64,000 bases of DNA from an uncultured delta proteobacterium (GCA_963754925.1 CAVWHX010000004.1:1152001-1216000); one strand, 5' to 3'. Positions 31,852 through 42,131 are shown, counted from the first letter of the stretch. The notes: generated by a model not told the origin, from the sequence alone. Numbers and translations: made by a program.

Positions 31852-32616
31852 ATGAAAAAACACATCGTACTGATGACCGCTTTCGTTGCCGGTTTTCTGT
31901 TGATCGGTACACTCCACGTCCAAGCCGAAGACGTGAGCCCAGGCGAGAAAATAATTCAACAGATGGATGAAAGTATGACCAGGGCCAAGGATCAATACTT
32001 TCAGTATGAGTTTAGCATCCTGGAACCAGGCAAGGCGCCGCGTAATCTGCTCATCGAGGCTTACATAAAAGGCACCAAGTGGCGCCGGGTTGAGTTTCTC
32101 GCACCAGGGGACGTCAAAGGGATGAGGGTGTTGACGTTGTCGTTAGATCAACAATACGTCTACCTTCCAGCCTTCCGCAAAGTTCGTCGGGTGGCCAGCC
32201 ACATTCGCAACCAGAGCTTCATGGGTTCGGCGTACAGTTATGACGAGATGGCGACCGTTACGTACGGGGATCTTTTTACGGGGGAGCTGGTCTCTGAAAA
32301 CGATAAGGAGTGGGTGGTGGTCGGCACCCGCAGGCCCGGTAAAGACTTTTCCTATCCCAAGATTGAGTTCACTATTCTCAAGGAATTCAGCCAGCCATCG
32401 CTCATTAAGTATTACAGCGACAAGGGGGTGGTCCTGAAGAGCGAGCAGCGACTTGAATACAGTTGCCAAGAAAATATATGCAATGCAAAAGTAATGATCA
32501 TAACCGATCACACCCGCAACAACCTGGCCACCAAGATGACTCGCGAGCAATGGAAAATCAACACCGGTGTAAGCGCTGACTCCTTCAGTGTGCGCGACCT
32601 TCAACGCGGGAACTAA
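31852..32616 (+). CDS. Outer-membrane lipoprotein-sorting (LolA-like) protein
   Basis: Signal peptide; 'FLAPGDVKGMRVL...YVYLPAFRKVRRVA...SFMGSAYSYDEM'. Confidence 0.85.
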   Translation: MKKHIVLMTAFVAGFLLIGTLHVQAEDVSPGEKIIQQMDESMTRAKDQYFQYEFSILEPGKAPRNLLIEAYIKGTKWRRVEFLAPGDVKGMRVLTLSLDQQYVYLPAFRKVRRVASHIRNQSFMGSAYSYDEMATVTYGDLFTGELVSENDKEWVVVGTRRPGKDFSYPKIEFTILKEFSQPSLIKYYSDKGVVLKSEQRLEYSCQENICNAKVMIITDHTRNNLATKMTREQWKINTGVSADSFSVRDLQRGN

Positions 32617-32621
32617 CCACC

Positions 32622-34517
32622 ATGAAAACGAGGTCGACCACTAAGCAGGGAGTGAAGTGTACGCTTGGGTTGATAGTTGCATCGGTACTGGTTCTGGCCG
32701 CACCCGCGCTGGCGGCCGAGGATCAAGAAACCGCGCCGGCCGCGGATCTGGGAGTGGCGACCGGAGCGGAGTCGGGCAACAAGTTGGAGTGGAGCTTCGG
32801 CGGCACGTTCCAGAGCGATGTGCGTTTTCAAGTGCAGGAAAAAGGCCTCGGTCTGGAAGTGGGCACCGGCGCGGACAAAAGAGTCATCAATAACTTTTAC
32901 ATCGGCAACCAGTTCTACCAGCGAGTGTTGCCGACCGGGGTGGAGCGCAATCAGAATTTACTCCAAGTTAAATTCAAAGCAGCCTATGGTCAGTATGCAG
33001 GGGTTGCGGACGTTGATTTTTTCTGGATAGGATATCCGGGCAAGATCGTAAATCTTGAAGGGTTGTCTGATATCACCGAGGTTGATCCGTTCTTCGTCAA
33101 GGTCCACTCGTTGTATCTCGAAGCCAATGACTTTCTTATTGACGGTTTGGACTTCCGCGTCGGTCAGCAGACCATACTATGGGGTGTGGGAGACCAATTC
33201 AATCCGACCAACAATATCAATCCCAACGATCTGGAGGATATTTTGTTGTTCGGCAATCAGCTCAGCAATCTGATGGTTCGTGCCGATTATAAGCCGATTT
33301 CCGACTGGACCATCTCAGGGGTGCTGGTGCCAATTTTTAAGCCCGCGCTCTTGCCAAGCTCGGCTTCGATGGGGTTGGCGGCGGTAGACCGCTACCCGAT
33401 GTTAGATAGTAACCTGCGCGACAAAATTCGGATTCAACAGTACGTTGCTGATGTCTTTGGTTTTGGGCCGACCGTTGTCACGGGGGTTGATCCGGTGTTT
33501 CCGGGCGCCAGCTTTAATAATATGCCGTTCGAAGTCCGGATAGCCGGCACCATCGGCAAGCAAGATATCGCCCTCAGTTACTATCGTGGATTTTCCGACA
33601 TGCCGATTTTCTCAAAAGAGTACACCCGTCCGATTGCTGAACCCTGTCAAGGCGATTTGGATCAAAGCATGTGCTTGACTAACGCCCTTGAGAGCACCGT
33701 CTCACTGACCTATCCGCGCATGGAAGTGTTCGGAATAAACATGGCAGGTGAGATCAATCCGTTAGGTTGGATTTCGGAAAAGATAAGCCCGCTCGGCTAT
33801 CGTTTGGAGGTGGCGGTAGTATTACCCCAACGGCAGCAAGTACAATTGTATCAAGAGGCAATTACCTTAGGAGGTTCTACGCTCAACCCAGCAGGGTTTT
33901 ATGAATTTAATGGCGCGGATCAATTTACGATAATTAAAAGCACCCCATTCCTAAAATGGACAGCGGGTCTAGACTACACATTCAACGATCATTTCTATCT
34001 TAATGTGCAGTGGGTGCACGGATTGACCGATGAGTTCGGGGCTGGTGATTTTATCAATAGTGGTTTAATCGTGCGCCAGGGTGGGGTCTCACAAAAAGCA
34101 CAAGCAAACCCAAGTGCTCTTTTTGCGTGTGCATTGAATTTAACTTCCACGTGTGCTGATGCCGGGCAATACACAGAAGAAATACTGCGGCAGCGTCTCG
34201 GCGATTACGTCGTCATTGGGCTGGATATCCATTTTGCCGACGACAAGGCCCTTATTCGATTGTTTAATATCTTGGAAGTGACCGGCTATTACCATGACTA
34301 CTGGAGCGATACCGATAATAGGCGCGTGCAGAAATTCCTATCCCCGTTTGGAGAAGGATTTTCGATGATCGTGTACCCCGAGTTCAATTACAATTTCGGC
34401 AATGGGCTCGATTTAGGGTTTGGGGCGCTTGTGCAATTGGGTAAGGACTTCACAAAATTTGGCGATCCGGCCGCCGGGGGTTCCCTTGTCTGGACGCGGG
34501 CACGATACCGATTCTAA
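32622..34517 (+). CDS. Probable outer-membrane beta-barrel (DUF1302-like)
   Basis: Signal peptide, 'DFRVGQQTILWGVGDQFNPTNNINP', amphipathic strands, terminal ARYRF. Confidence 0.7.
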   Translation: MKTRSTTKQGVKCTLGLIVASVLVLAAPALAAEDQETAPAADLGVATGAESGNKLEWSFGGTFQSDVRFQVQEKGLGLEVGTGADKRVINNFYIGNQFYQRVLPTGVERNQNLLQVKFKAAYGQYAGVADVDFFWIGYPGKIVNLEGLSDITEVDPFFVKVHSLYLEANDFLIDGLDFRVGQQTILWGVGDQFNPTNNINPNDLEDILLFGNQLSNLMVRADYKPISDWTISGVLVPIFKPALLPSSASMGLAAVDRYPMLDSNLRDKIRIQQYVADVFGFGPTVVTGVDPVFPGASFNNMPFEVRIAGTIGKQDIALSYYRGFSDMPIFSKEYTRPIAEPCQGDLDQSMCLTNALESTVSLTYPRMEVFGINMAGEINPLGWISEKISPLGYRLEVAVVLPQRQQVQLYQEAITLGGSTLNPAGFYEFNGADQFTIIKSTPFLKWTAGLDYTFNDHFYLNVQWVHGLTDEFGAGDFINSGLIVRQGGVSQKAQANPSALFACALNLTSTCADAGQYTEEILRQRLGDYVVIGLDIHFADDKALIRLFNILEVTGYYHDYWSDTDNRRVQKFLSPFGEGFSMIVYPEFNYNFGNGLDLGFGALVQLGKDFTKFGDPAAGGSLVWTRARYRF

Positions 34518-34535
34518 GTACTTCACTGACCGCTT

Positions 34536-35357
34536 TTATTTGAGTTCCTTCTCGAACTCGAGAAATTCTTTGCGCCACGGTTCGCGGCTTCTGCCCCAGT
34601 CGCCGGTATCCAGAAGCTTTTTACCTTCGGCAAGTTGCGAGCGTGCCTGGTCGACGCCGGCTTCAGCTTCGACCTCCCAGAGGGCCTGAGCATAGAAAAG
34701 ATGATTAAGCGGATGTTGAGCATACTTTTTGACCACTTCGGCGAGCATTTCAAGAGCCTTATCGCTGTCGCCGTAGCCTTTCGGCCACTGCGGGGCCTTG
34801 AGGTACAGCATCCCCAACACGCGGGCGGGGCCGCCCATATCCTCGTCCGGGGACAGCTCCAACGCTCGTTTGAGCTCCCGCTCGAGCCGGTCGAGCTCTT
34901 CGTAAGCCAACGTAATATGGTGGCGAATCGCGAGCCCTAAATTCACCGCCAAATAATAGTGGACCTTCCCGTCCTGCACACCGCCGGCTTTCAGGGCTGT
35001 CTCGGCGCTATGCACCCCCTCGGCCGCGAACTTCTCTTGGCTGCTCTGATCGGTCGCACGCTCGGCGAGCAGCAAGCAGATTCGCGCACCCAGCGAAGAA
35101 CTCGTAAACGACGGATCGTCGGTTTGCCGTAGCAGACCCAAGGCGCATTGCAGCGTTTCATCGTCACTGGTTGAATTGAAATTCACTGCCTCTGCGGCAA
35201 GCTGCTCCGGGGTTTGCGGGGGACAGGCTTCAAGCCTGAGAGTAACGAGATCTCGTTGCAGATGAGCGCAGCCAGAAGCGATCGAAAGCAGGAGGAGAAC
35301 GGCCGCCGAGAAAAACCCCGACCTCAGCCATCGTGTACCGTACCTATTAAAGTGCAT
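34536..35357 (-). CDS. TPR/TRAP-T-like lipoprotein resembling sterol transporter BstC
   Basis: Lipobox IASGC; 'VHYYLAVNLGL', 'GGPARVLGMLYLKAPQWP', 'HPLNHLFYAQAL'. Resemblance to methanotroph BstC is from recall. Confidence 0.7.
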   Translation of the reverse strand: MHFNRYGTRWLRSGFFSAAVLLLLSIASGCAHLQRDLVTLRLEACPPQTPEQLAAEAVNFNSTSDDETLQCALGLLRQTDDPSFTSSSLGARICLLLAERATDQSSQEKFAAEGVHSAETALKAGGVQDGKVHYYLAVNLGLAIRHHITLAYEELDRLERELKRALELSPDEDMGGPARVLGMLYLKAPQWPKGYGDSDKALEMLAEVVKKYAQHPLNHLFYAQALWEVEAEAGVDQARSQLAEGKKLLDTGDWGRSREPWRKEFLEFEKELK

Positions 35358-35358
35358 T

Positions 35359-36216
35359 TCACTTACCACCCGTTGATACCCACAGTTTGATTATCGGCTC
35401 GAAGGTTGCCTGATCCACCCGATTAAACGATTCGACCCCGAACATTTCGCACAACTTTTTGCCTTCGGCATCGGTACACATACCCATGAGCGCCTTGGCA
35501 AGGCGGGCGCGCTCCTCGACGCTGCTTTGTTGCTCGTTGGCCGCCAAGCCTATCAAGGGAATCGGTTCGGAGGTGAAAATCGGTTCGAGCTCCTTGGCGA
35601 AAGGCAACGAGCCCAGGGAAGAAAATTGTTGTTCGGTAACCATCACGGCGTCGATGGCGCCTTGGGAAAGCGCGCGCAGCGATCGGAGCGCTTGGGGTGA
35701 AGGTTGAAGCACGAAATAGGTGGTCGGGTCAATGCGGCCCGCGAAAATGATTCGTTGCAAGAACTGCGGCTCCTCCAGGATGGTCCCGCCCAACGTTTTT
35801 CCCTTGAGTTCATCAAGCGATTTGAACGTCCCCTGCTTGACCAGAATCCGGTATCTTTCGTTGGTACGCCCATTAATCTTCGGCTGAGCAATAGGAATTA
35901 AGTGGTATCGGTTGCGAAGCTCCAGATACAGCCCCAGCGAAAGGATCAAGAAGGCGGGTTTTTTCTCAGCCAAGATCTGTCTGCATTCGTTCGCCTTAGT
36001 AGTGAAAACGCTCGTAAAAGCGCCGGACGGCCATTGGCCGACTTTTTCAACGACGCGCAACATTGAGCTCATGGAGTTGTTGGCATCGGCCGCCTTGACC
36101 GAACCCCCGGGGTAGCAGACCAAAATTGGTTTGGGATCAGCCGCTGACGCTTGGCATACTAACAAGCCAACCATCAAGAGGCTCGCCAGGATGGCCGGCA
36201 GCATTTTATGTTTCAT
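35359..36216 (-). CDS. PhnD-like periplasmic substrate-binding protein resembling sterol transporter BstB
   Basis: Signal peptide; 'ILVCYPGG', 'YRILVKQGTFKSLDELKGKTL', 'GMCTDAEGKKLCEMFG'. Lies directly upstream of the BstC-like gene, with no ABC genes adjacent. Confidence 0.7.
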   Translation of the reverse strand: MKHKMLPAILASLLMVGLLVCQASAADPKPILVCYPGGSVKAADANNSMSSMLRVVEKVGQWPSGAFTSVFTTKANECRQILAEKKPAFLILSLGLYLELRNRYHLIPIAQPKINGRTNERYRILVKQGTFKSLDELKGKTLGGTILEEPQFLQRIIFAGRIDPTTYFVLQPSPQALRSLRALSQGAIDAVMVTEQQFSSLGSLPFAKELEPIFTSEPIPLIGLAANEQQSSVEERARLAKALMGMCTDAEGKKLCEMFGVESFNRVDQATFEPIIKLWVSTGGK

Positions 36217-36376
36217 AGTTTCCTCCGAAATAAGAAGCTGCGCGACGGGGAGTGAAGTTACGGATTTGACGGATCGTCACCGGGATCGATTCAAAACATT
36301 GCTCTTCCTAAAGGAATCTCGAACAGCTAACGCATTTTTGTGCAAGGGTCCGAGGTTGTCAAGATAATTCCATAAG

Positions 36377-37357
36377 TTATATATTATCAAAGGTTAAGAA
36401 TCTCCTGTTCTCGAGCTCAATTTCTTCTGCAAATAAACTTTTTATAAAGGCGCCTAGGTCTTTAGAATTAATCTGAGTTCCTTGGGATGTTAGGAAGGTC
36501 GATAGCTCCTCCTCAAACAGTGAGGCGGATTCGTACCGATCATGAGGAAGGGTTGCGAGCGCTCGCATAACTACTCGCATGAGATCTTTGGGGATCTTTC
36601 CCTTATAACCTGACAATAACTCGATACCGTTAATTCTTTGTTGCTCAATGCTGGAATAACCGGGCTTCTCACTAAAAAGCCTCTTGCCGGCGAGCAGCTC
36701 GTAGAGCACAATTCCCAGTGAGTAGATGTCGCTCCGATGATCGATGGGCAACCCCTGTAACTGTTCTGGGGACATATAACCGACCGTACCTGTGGAATTG
36801 CTATGAAAAATACGGCCTGCACCTTTAACTTTGGCCAAGCCGAAATCGATCAACTTGACCTCGCCACCATAGGAAATAATTATGTTTTTTGGGGTTATGT
36901 CTTGGTGGACGACTCTCAGCGGATGGCCGACTGCATCGGTTTGTTGGTGAGCGTAGGCCAGCCCTTCACAAACGCATGAAATGATCAACACCGTAAGCGA
37001 GATCGGCATGCGCCTCTTTGCTTGGGATAGCGCTTGGAAGATCTTCGAAAGAGCTTTTCCGCGGATGAATTCCATTGCCAGGTAACGATCCCGTCCTTCC
37101 CCGCCGAGCTCAAGAATCCGGACGATGTTTGGATGGAAGAGGGACGAGGCGATGCGGGCTTCATCCCGTAATCGGTCACTGAATTCTTTGTTATCAGCGA
37201 GATACGGAAGGATTCTTTTTATGGCCACAACGCCTGCTCGGCGGGCAGGCTCACGGGTCTTGGCTAGAAAAACCTCTGCCGTACCGCCGCACGAAAGTCT
37301 CTCGAGCAGGAGATACTTGCCAAATGGCGTCGGCAATTCAGGGGAGACGTTCTCCAT
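36377..37357 (-). CDS. Hanks-type Ser/Thr protein kinase (myxobacterial type)
   Basis: FGKYLLLERL, GGTAEVFLA, VAIKRIL, HQDITPKN, DFGLAK, YMSPEQ, SDIYSLG. Confidence 0.9.
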   Translation of the reverse strand: MENVSPELPTPFGKYLLLERLSCGGTAEVFLAKTREPARRAGVVAIKRILPYLADNKEFSDRLRDEARIASSLFHPNIVRILELGGEGRDRYLAMEFIRGKALSKIFQALSQAKRRMPISLTVLIISCVCEGLAYAHQQTDAVGHPLRVVHQDITPKNIIISYGGEVKLIDFGLAKVKGAGRIFHSNSTGTVGYMSPEQLQGLPIDHRSDIYSLGIVLYELLAGKRLFSEKPGYSSIEQQRINGIELLSGYKGKIPKDLMRVVMRALATLPHDRYESASLFEEELSTFLTSQGTQINSKDLGAFIKSLFAEEIELENRRFLTFDNI

Positions 37358-37419
37358 GGGCTTGGTATATAAAACGACTGCGATATTCAGTAAATCAATT
37401 TTCTTACCCATCGAAAAGC

Positions 37420-37448
37420 TTGACAATCAAAGGTCGCGCCCGTAGGCT
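37420..37448 (+). promoter_or_regulatory. Sigma70-type promoter for ileS-lspA-lgt
   Basis: TTGACA (37420-37425), 17 bp, TAGGCT (37443-37448). Confidence 0.55.
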
Positions 37449-37504
37449 TCCCCCGCTAAAATTGGGCTTCGTCTGATTTTACTTTATGTAGGCGGATCAA
37501 ATCG

Positions 37505-40303
37505 ATGGATTATAAAAAGACACTCAATCTACCCCAAACAGAATTCCCCATGCGCGCCTCACTTTCCGATCGGGAGCCGACCATCCTGCAGCGTTGGAAA
37601 AAGGATAATCTCAGCCGGCTCATTCAAGATCAGGGCCGTCTGCTGCAAAAACGTTTCATCCTCCATGACGGTCCGCCCTATGCCAACGGTCATGTTCATT
37701 TAGGAACGGCACTGAACAAGATTTTGAAGGATTTTGTCATCAAGTCTCGCACCATGATGGGTCAGTACGCTCCTTTTGTTCCCGGGTGGGATTGCCATGG
37801 CATGCCGATCGAACACAATGTCATCAAAGATCTTGGCGACCGTGCGGCAACCATGACCAAATTGGAGATACGCAGGCGCTGTCGGGCCTTTGCCGACGAG
37901 TTTGTGTCGATTCAACGTGAGGAATTCCAGCGTCTCGGGTGCCTGGGGGATTGGGAACATCCGTACATTACCATGAGCTACCAGTACGAGGCCGAGATAA
38001 TGGCAACGCTGGGTGATTTGGTCAAAGGCGGTTACCTTATCCGGGGCCTGCGGCCAATTCATTGGTGCGCCACCTGCAAAACCGCGTTGGCCGAGGCTGA
38101 GCTGGAGTACCACGAACACTCCTCGCCCTCGATCTACGTAAAGTTTCCCATTCGGCCCGGCGATCCAAAAGCTGCTTCAATCGGCCTCAACGTGGATAAC
38201 GCGGCTATCCTGATTTGGACCACGACCCCCTGGACGATTCCGGCCAACCTGGCGATCGCCTTGCATCCCGAGTTTGACTACGTCTTCGCGCGCTTCGGCA
38301 ACGAGGTACTCCTGGTGGCCGAGGCCTTGGCGCCGAGTGTCGCGGCCGTTTTAAAGACCGGGAATCTCGAGATCGTACTGAAGAAACGCGGGGCCGAGCT
38401 CGAGGGTATTCGTTGCCGGCACCCGATGTATGACCGCGACTCGCTGGTGGTGCTTGCCGACTATGTCACGCTGGACACCGGCACCGGTTGCGTGCATACC
38501 GCTCCCGGCCACGGCGCCGAGGACTTTGAAACGGGACGTCAGTACGGTCTGCCGATACTGGCGCCGGTGGACGAGGCCGGCAACTTCACCGTGGAAGTGC
38601 CGGGCTATGCCGGCAAGAATGTCTTTGCCTGCGATATTCCCATCAGCGACGAGTTGCAACGCACCGGTTACTTGCTCGCCCGTCAAGAGATATCGCATTC
38701 CTATCCCTTCTGCTGGCGCTGCAAGCAGCCGCTCATCTTCCGGGCCACTGAGCAGTGGTTTCTCGAAGTTGATAGGCATGACCTCCGCAAGCGCGCGCTT
38801 GAGGAGATCGAGCGTGTCACCTGGATACCTGCTTGGGGCCACGATCGCATCGCCAACATGGTCGCCGCCCGGCCCGATTGGTGCCTCTCGCGTCAGCGCG
38901 CCTGGGGGGTGCCGATTCCGGCCCTGTACTGCCAGGGATGCGAGAAAGCCATCCTCGACCCGGCGGTAATCGAGAAAACGCGTAACCTCGTGGCCGAATC
39001 CGGCAGCGACATTTGGTTTGAGAAGCCGGTCGAGGCATTTCTGCCGGATGGCTTTGCCTGTCAGCACTGCGGCGGCAAGAAGTTTCGTAAGGAGGAAGAC
39101 ATCCTCGACGTGTGGTTCGACTCCTCGGTCAGCCATCGCGCGGTGCTCGAGCACCACGACGAGTTGACCTGGCCCTGCGATCTGTACCTCGAAGCCTCGG
39201 ATCAACATCGCGGTTGGTTTCAGGTGTCTCTGCTGACAGCGGTGGCCACGCGCGGGAAGGCGCCCTACCGGCAGGTGCTTACCCATGGTCTGATTCTCGA
39301 CGAGGCGGCCAAGAAGATGAGCAAGTCGCTCGGCAACGTCATCGCCCCCGAGGAAATTATCAGCGAGTTTGGCGCCGACGTCCTGCGGTTGTTATTCGCC
39401 TCGATCGACTACACCGCCGACGTGTGCTTTACCCGCGGCATGGTGGCGCCGATATCGGACGCGTATCGCAAGATCCGAAACACCATCAGGTTTATGCTTG
39501 GCAACCTATCGGACTTCAACCCCGACCAACATTCCCTGCCGGAGACAAAACTCGCCGAGTTGGACCGCTGGATACTGGCGCGCCTGCGCCAGGTCGTACG
39601 AAGGGTGTGCGATGCCTATGCGGCCTATGAGTTTCACATCGCCTACCGACTGCTGCTGGATGTGTGCACGGTGGATCTCAGCGCCTTCTATCTCGATATC
39701 ATCAAGGACCGCCTGTATGTCGAGGACCGTAACGGCCATAATCGACGTTCGGCGCAGACGGCGCTCTACCGGACGACGCTCGATCTGCTGACCATGCTCG
39801 CGCCCATCGTGAGCTTTACCGCTGATGAAGCGTGGGGTTTTTTGCCGGCGGCGCAAAAACAGCCGAGCTCGGTGCACCTGGCTCAATTGCCGCTTCCCGT
39901 CGAGGGCGTCGATGATGCCGCCGTGCTTGAGCGCTGGAATCGGTTGCGTAAGGTGCGCTCCGAAATGAACAAAGCCTTGGAGATCGTCCGTAAGGCCGGC
40001 AGCATCGGATCGAGCCTCGATGCCGAACTTACCTTGGCGGCCGATGCGGAGACGGTTGCATTCTTGCGCTCGTTTGGGTCAGAATTGCTCGACGTGGTCA
40101 AGGTTGCCGATTTCACGTTGGACGGATCAGTTTCTGACCAGGCTTTTGTTTCGAGCGAGCTGCCGGGCCTCAGCATCGAGGTCAAACGAGCGACGACACA
40201 GAAGTGCGCCCGCTGCTGGAACCGCCGGCCCGAAGTCGGCTCCCTTTCTCAGGCGCCGGATTTATGTAGGCGCTGTAACGACGTCGTGCAGAGCTCGCGT
40301 TAA
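37505..40303 (+). CDS. ileS: Isoleucine--tRNA ligase
   Basis: LHDGPPYANG, HLGT (HIGH-like), GWDCHG, WTTTPWT, KMSKS, C-terminal CARC...CRRC. Confidence 0.98.
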   Translation: MDYKKTLNLPQTEFPMRASLSDREPTILQRWKKDNLSRLIQDQGRLLQKRFILHDGPPYANGHVHLGTALNKILKDFVIKSRTMMGQYAPFVPGWDCHGMPIEHNVIKDLGDRAATMTKLEIRRRCRAFADEFVSIQREEFQRLGCLGDWEHPYITMSYQYEAEIMATLGDLVKGGYLIRGLRPIHWCATCKTALAEAELEYHEHSSPSIYVKFPIRPGDPKAASIGLNVDNAAILIWTTTPWTIPANLAIALHPEFDYVFARFGNEVLLVAEALAPSVAAVLKTGNLEIVLKKRGAELEGIRCRHPMYDRDSLVVLADYVTLDTGTGCVHTAPGHGAEDFETGRQYGLPILAPVDEAGNFTVEVPGYAGKNVFACDIPISDELQRTGYLLARQEISHSYPFCWRCKQPLIFRATEQWFLEVDRHDLRKRALEEIERVTWIPAWGHDRIANMVAARPDWCLSRQRAWGVPIPALYCQGCEKAILDPAVIEKTRNLVAESGSDIWFEKPVEAFLPDGFACQHCGGKKFRKEEDILDVWFDSSVSHRAVLEHHDELTWPCDLYLEASDQHRGWFQVSLLTAVATRGKAPYRQVLTHGLILDEAAKKMSKSLGNVIAPEEIISEFGADVLRLLFASIDYTADVCFTRGMVAPISDAYRKIRNTIRFMLGNLSDFNPDQHSLPETKLAELDRWILARLRQVVRRVCDAYAAYEFHIAYRLLLDVCTVDLSAFYLDIIKDRLYVEDRNGHNRRSAQTALYRTTLDLLTMLAPIVSFTADEAWGFLPAAQKQPSSVHLAQLPLPVEGVDDAAVLERWNRLRKVRSEMNKALEIVRKAGSIGSSLDAELTLAADAETVAFLRSFGSELLDVVKVADFTLDGSVSDQAFVSSELPGLSIEVKRATTQKCARCWNRRPEVGSLSQAPDLCRRCNDVVQSSR

Positions 40304-40314
40304 GGACGGTTACG

Positions 40315-40881
40315 GTGAAAACAAAATACCTGATCCTGATTATCGCCGTCCCGCTGGTCGTGTTGTGCGATCAATTTACCAAGCTGTGGGCGGCGGTTAA
40401 TCTCAAGCACCTCCTGTTGGAAAATTCGCCGACCGATCGTTTCATCACCGTCATCGATGGGTTCTTTCGACTCTACTACACTGAAAACCCCGGTGCGGCC
40501 TGGGGGTTGCTGCGGAACGCATCCTCCGACTTTCGCACCGTGTTTTTCGTTGGGGTTTCGCTTGCGGCGATTGTTTTTATCTTGTGGTATGTATATAAGA
40601 TCGGAACCCAGCAAAAGCTGCAGGCCTTCTCAATCTCGCTGATTCTTGGCGGCGCGATCGGCAATCTTATCGACCGGATACGATTGGGGAGGGTAATCGA
40701 TTTTATCCAGTGGTATCTGGTTGTTGAAAAGCCCCTTAACCTGGGCGTGGTCATGATCGAGCCGGGTGAGCTCTACTGGCCGACCTTCAATATCGCCGAC
40801 GTGGCCATCACTATCGGGGTGATTTTGTTGATTGGGGAAATGATTTTTCGAAGCGGCTCGCTGGAAGAAGAAAAGAAGTAA
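40315..40881 (+). CDS. lspA: Signal peptidase II
   Basis: DQFTK, NPGAAWG, GGAIGNLIDR, VIDF, FNIAD. Confidence 0.97.
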   Translation: MKTKYLILIIAVPLVVLCDQFTKLWAAVNLKHLLLENSPTDRFITVIDGFFRLYYTENPGAAWGLLRNASSDFRTVFFVGVSLAAIVFILWYVYKIGTQQKLQAFSISLILGGAIGNLIDRIRLGRVIDFIQWYLVVEKPLNLGVVMIEPGELYWPTFNIADVAITIGVILLIGEMIFRSGSLEEEKK

Positions 40882-41927
40882 TGCTCCCGGTTTTCATCTC
40901 ATTCAAATTTCCAGATTGGCTCGGCAGCATCAGTTGGATCGAACTGAGTGCGTCGCTTACCGTGCTGCTCGGATTATTCTTATGGCGCTTTCGCAAAGAA
41001 GGTTTCTCGTACGGTAATTTTGTTTTCTGGGTAGGTGGTTATGCGGTTTTGCGCGGACTATGCGTGTACGCGGGTCCGGGCTACCTCTTCGAGGTGCACA
41101 ATTACGGCGTTTTAGTTGCGTTCGGGTTTGCGGTCGGCATCTACCTGGCTTCCCGCCAGGCCCGCCGTGAAGGAATACCGGCATACGTCATACTCGATAT
41201 GGCGTTTTGGATTCTCATAGCCGCGATGGTCGGGAGCCGGATACTGTTCATCATCGTCAATATGGATGATTATATCGCGCAACCCGTCAACCTGATTAAA
41301 ATCTGGCAGGGGGGCCTGGTGTTTTACGGGGGCCTGATGGGGGCGGTGCTGGCTGCCTGGCGGTACACGCAGAAGCATCGGCTCAACTTTTTTAAAATTG
41401 CGGATGTGATGATCCCATCCGTGGCCATCGGCCATGTCTTCGGGCGGTTAGGGTGTTTCACGGCCGGGTGCTGTCACGGCATACCGACCGGCATCAAAGG
41501 CTTTGGGGCGGTCTTCACCGAAGCCGGGACCGTGGTCGCCCGCAATCATTTGCTCGGCGTCCCCTTGCACCCGACCCAATTGTACGAAGCCGGTGGCGAG
41601 CTCGTTATTTTTTTGGTGCTGATCTTTTTGCGCCGGCGCAAACGCTTCCATGGGGAGTTGTTTATCGCCTATCTGGTTATGTATCCTATCCTGCGCAGCA
41701 TCGTGGAGATGTTTCGGGGCGACTACGAGCGCGGCATGCTCCTTCAAATCGATCTCTTCGGCGGCCCCCAACCTGATATTTTGAGCACGAGTCAGCTCAT
41801 CTCGTTGCTGATGGCCGTGGGGGGGATCGTGTTGTTGAATTACCTGCTGCGCCAGCGCAATCGACAAGCTCCTGTTTTGGCCAGTCCCGCGCCTCCAGCC
41901 CCGCCCGATGGTTCGGAAGCGGGATGA
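40881..41927 (+). CDS. lgt: Prolipoprotein diacylglyceryl transferase
   Basis: GGLVFYGG, GRLGCF, HPTQLYE, VEMFRGD. Confidence 0.95.
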   Translation: MLPVFISFKFPDWLGSISWIELSASLTVLLGLFLWRFRKEGFSYGNFVFWVGGYAVLRGLCVYAGPGYLFEVHNYGVLVAFGFAVGIYLASRQARREGIPAYVILDMAFWILIAAMVGSRILFIIVNMDDYIAQPVNLIKIWQGGLVFYGGLMGAVLAAWRYTQKHRLNFFKIADVMIPSVAIGHVFGRLGCFTAGCCHGIPTGIKGFGAVFTEAGTVVARNHLLGVPLHPTQLYEAGGELVIFLVLIFLRRRKRFHGELFIAYLVMYPILRSIVEMFRGDYERGMLLQIDLFGGPQPDILSTSQLISLLMAVGGIVLLNYLLRQRNRQAPVLASPAPPAPPDGSEAG

Positions 41928-42131
41928 TGCTCATCTTCATCTGCTCTTGACGCCCTGTGCCGATTTTTTGACTGTGTTTCCAGCTTCGAGTAATACCAAT
42001 GACCATAGATCGTTCTCAAATTGCATGCCCGTGCCTAAACAAAAGGAAAACGGGGGCCTGCAGGGTCCCTTTAATGATCTTCGATTTGTCTGACATAGAT
42101 TGTATGATCATGGTTCGGCTGAGGAGGGGAT

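Noticed and set aside
38351..39286. 311-aa minus-strand ORF
   Set aside because: Antisense shadow of ileS.
40881..41100. Extra N-terminal hydrophobic segment of Lgt as a novel fusion
   Set aside because: Looks like a lineage-type membrane insertion; no separate domain is recognisable.
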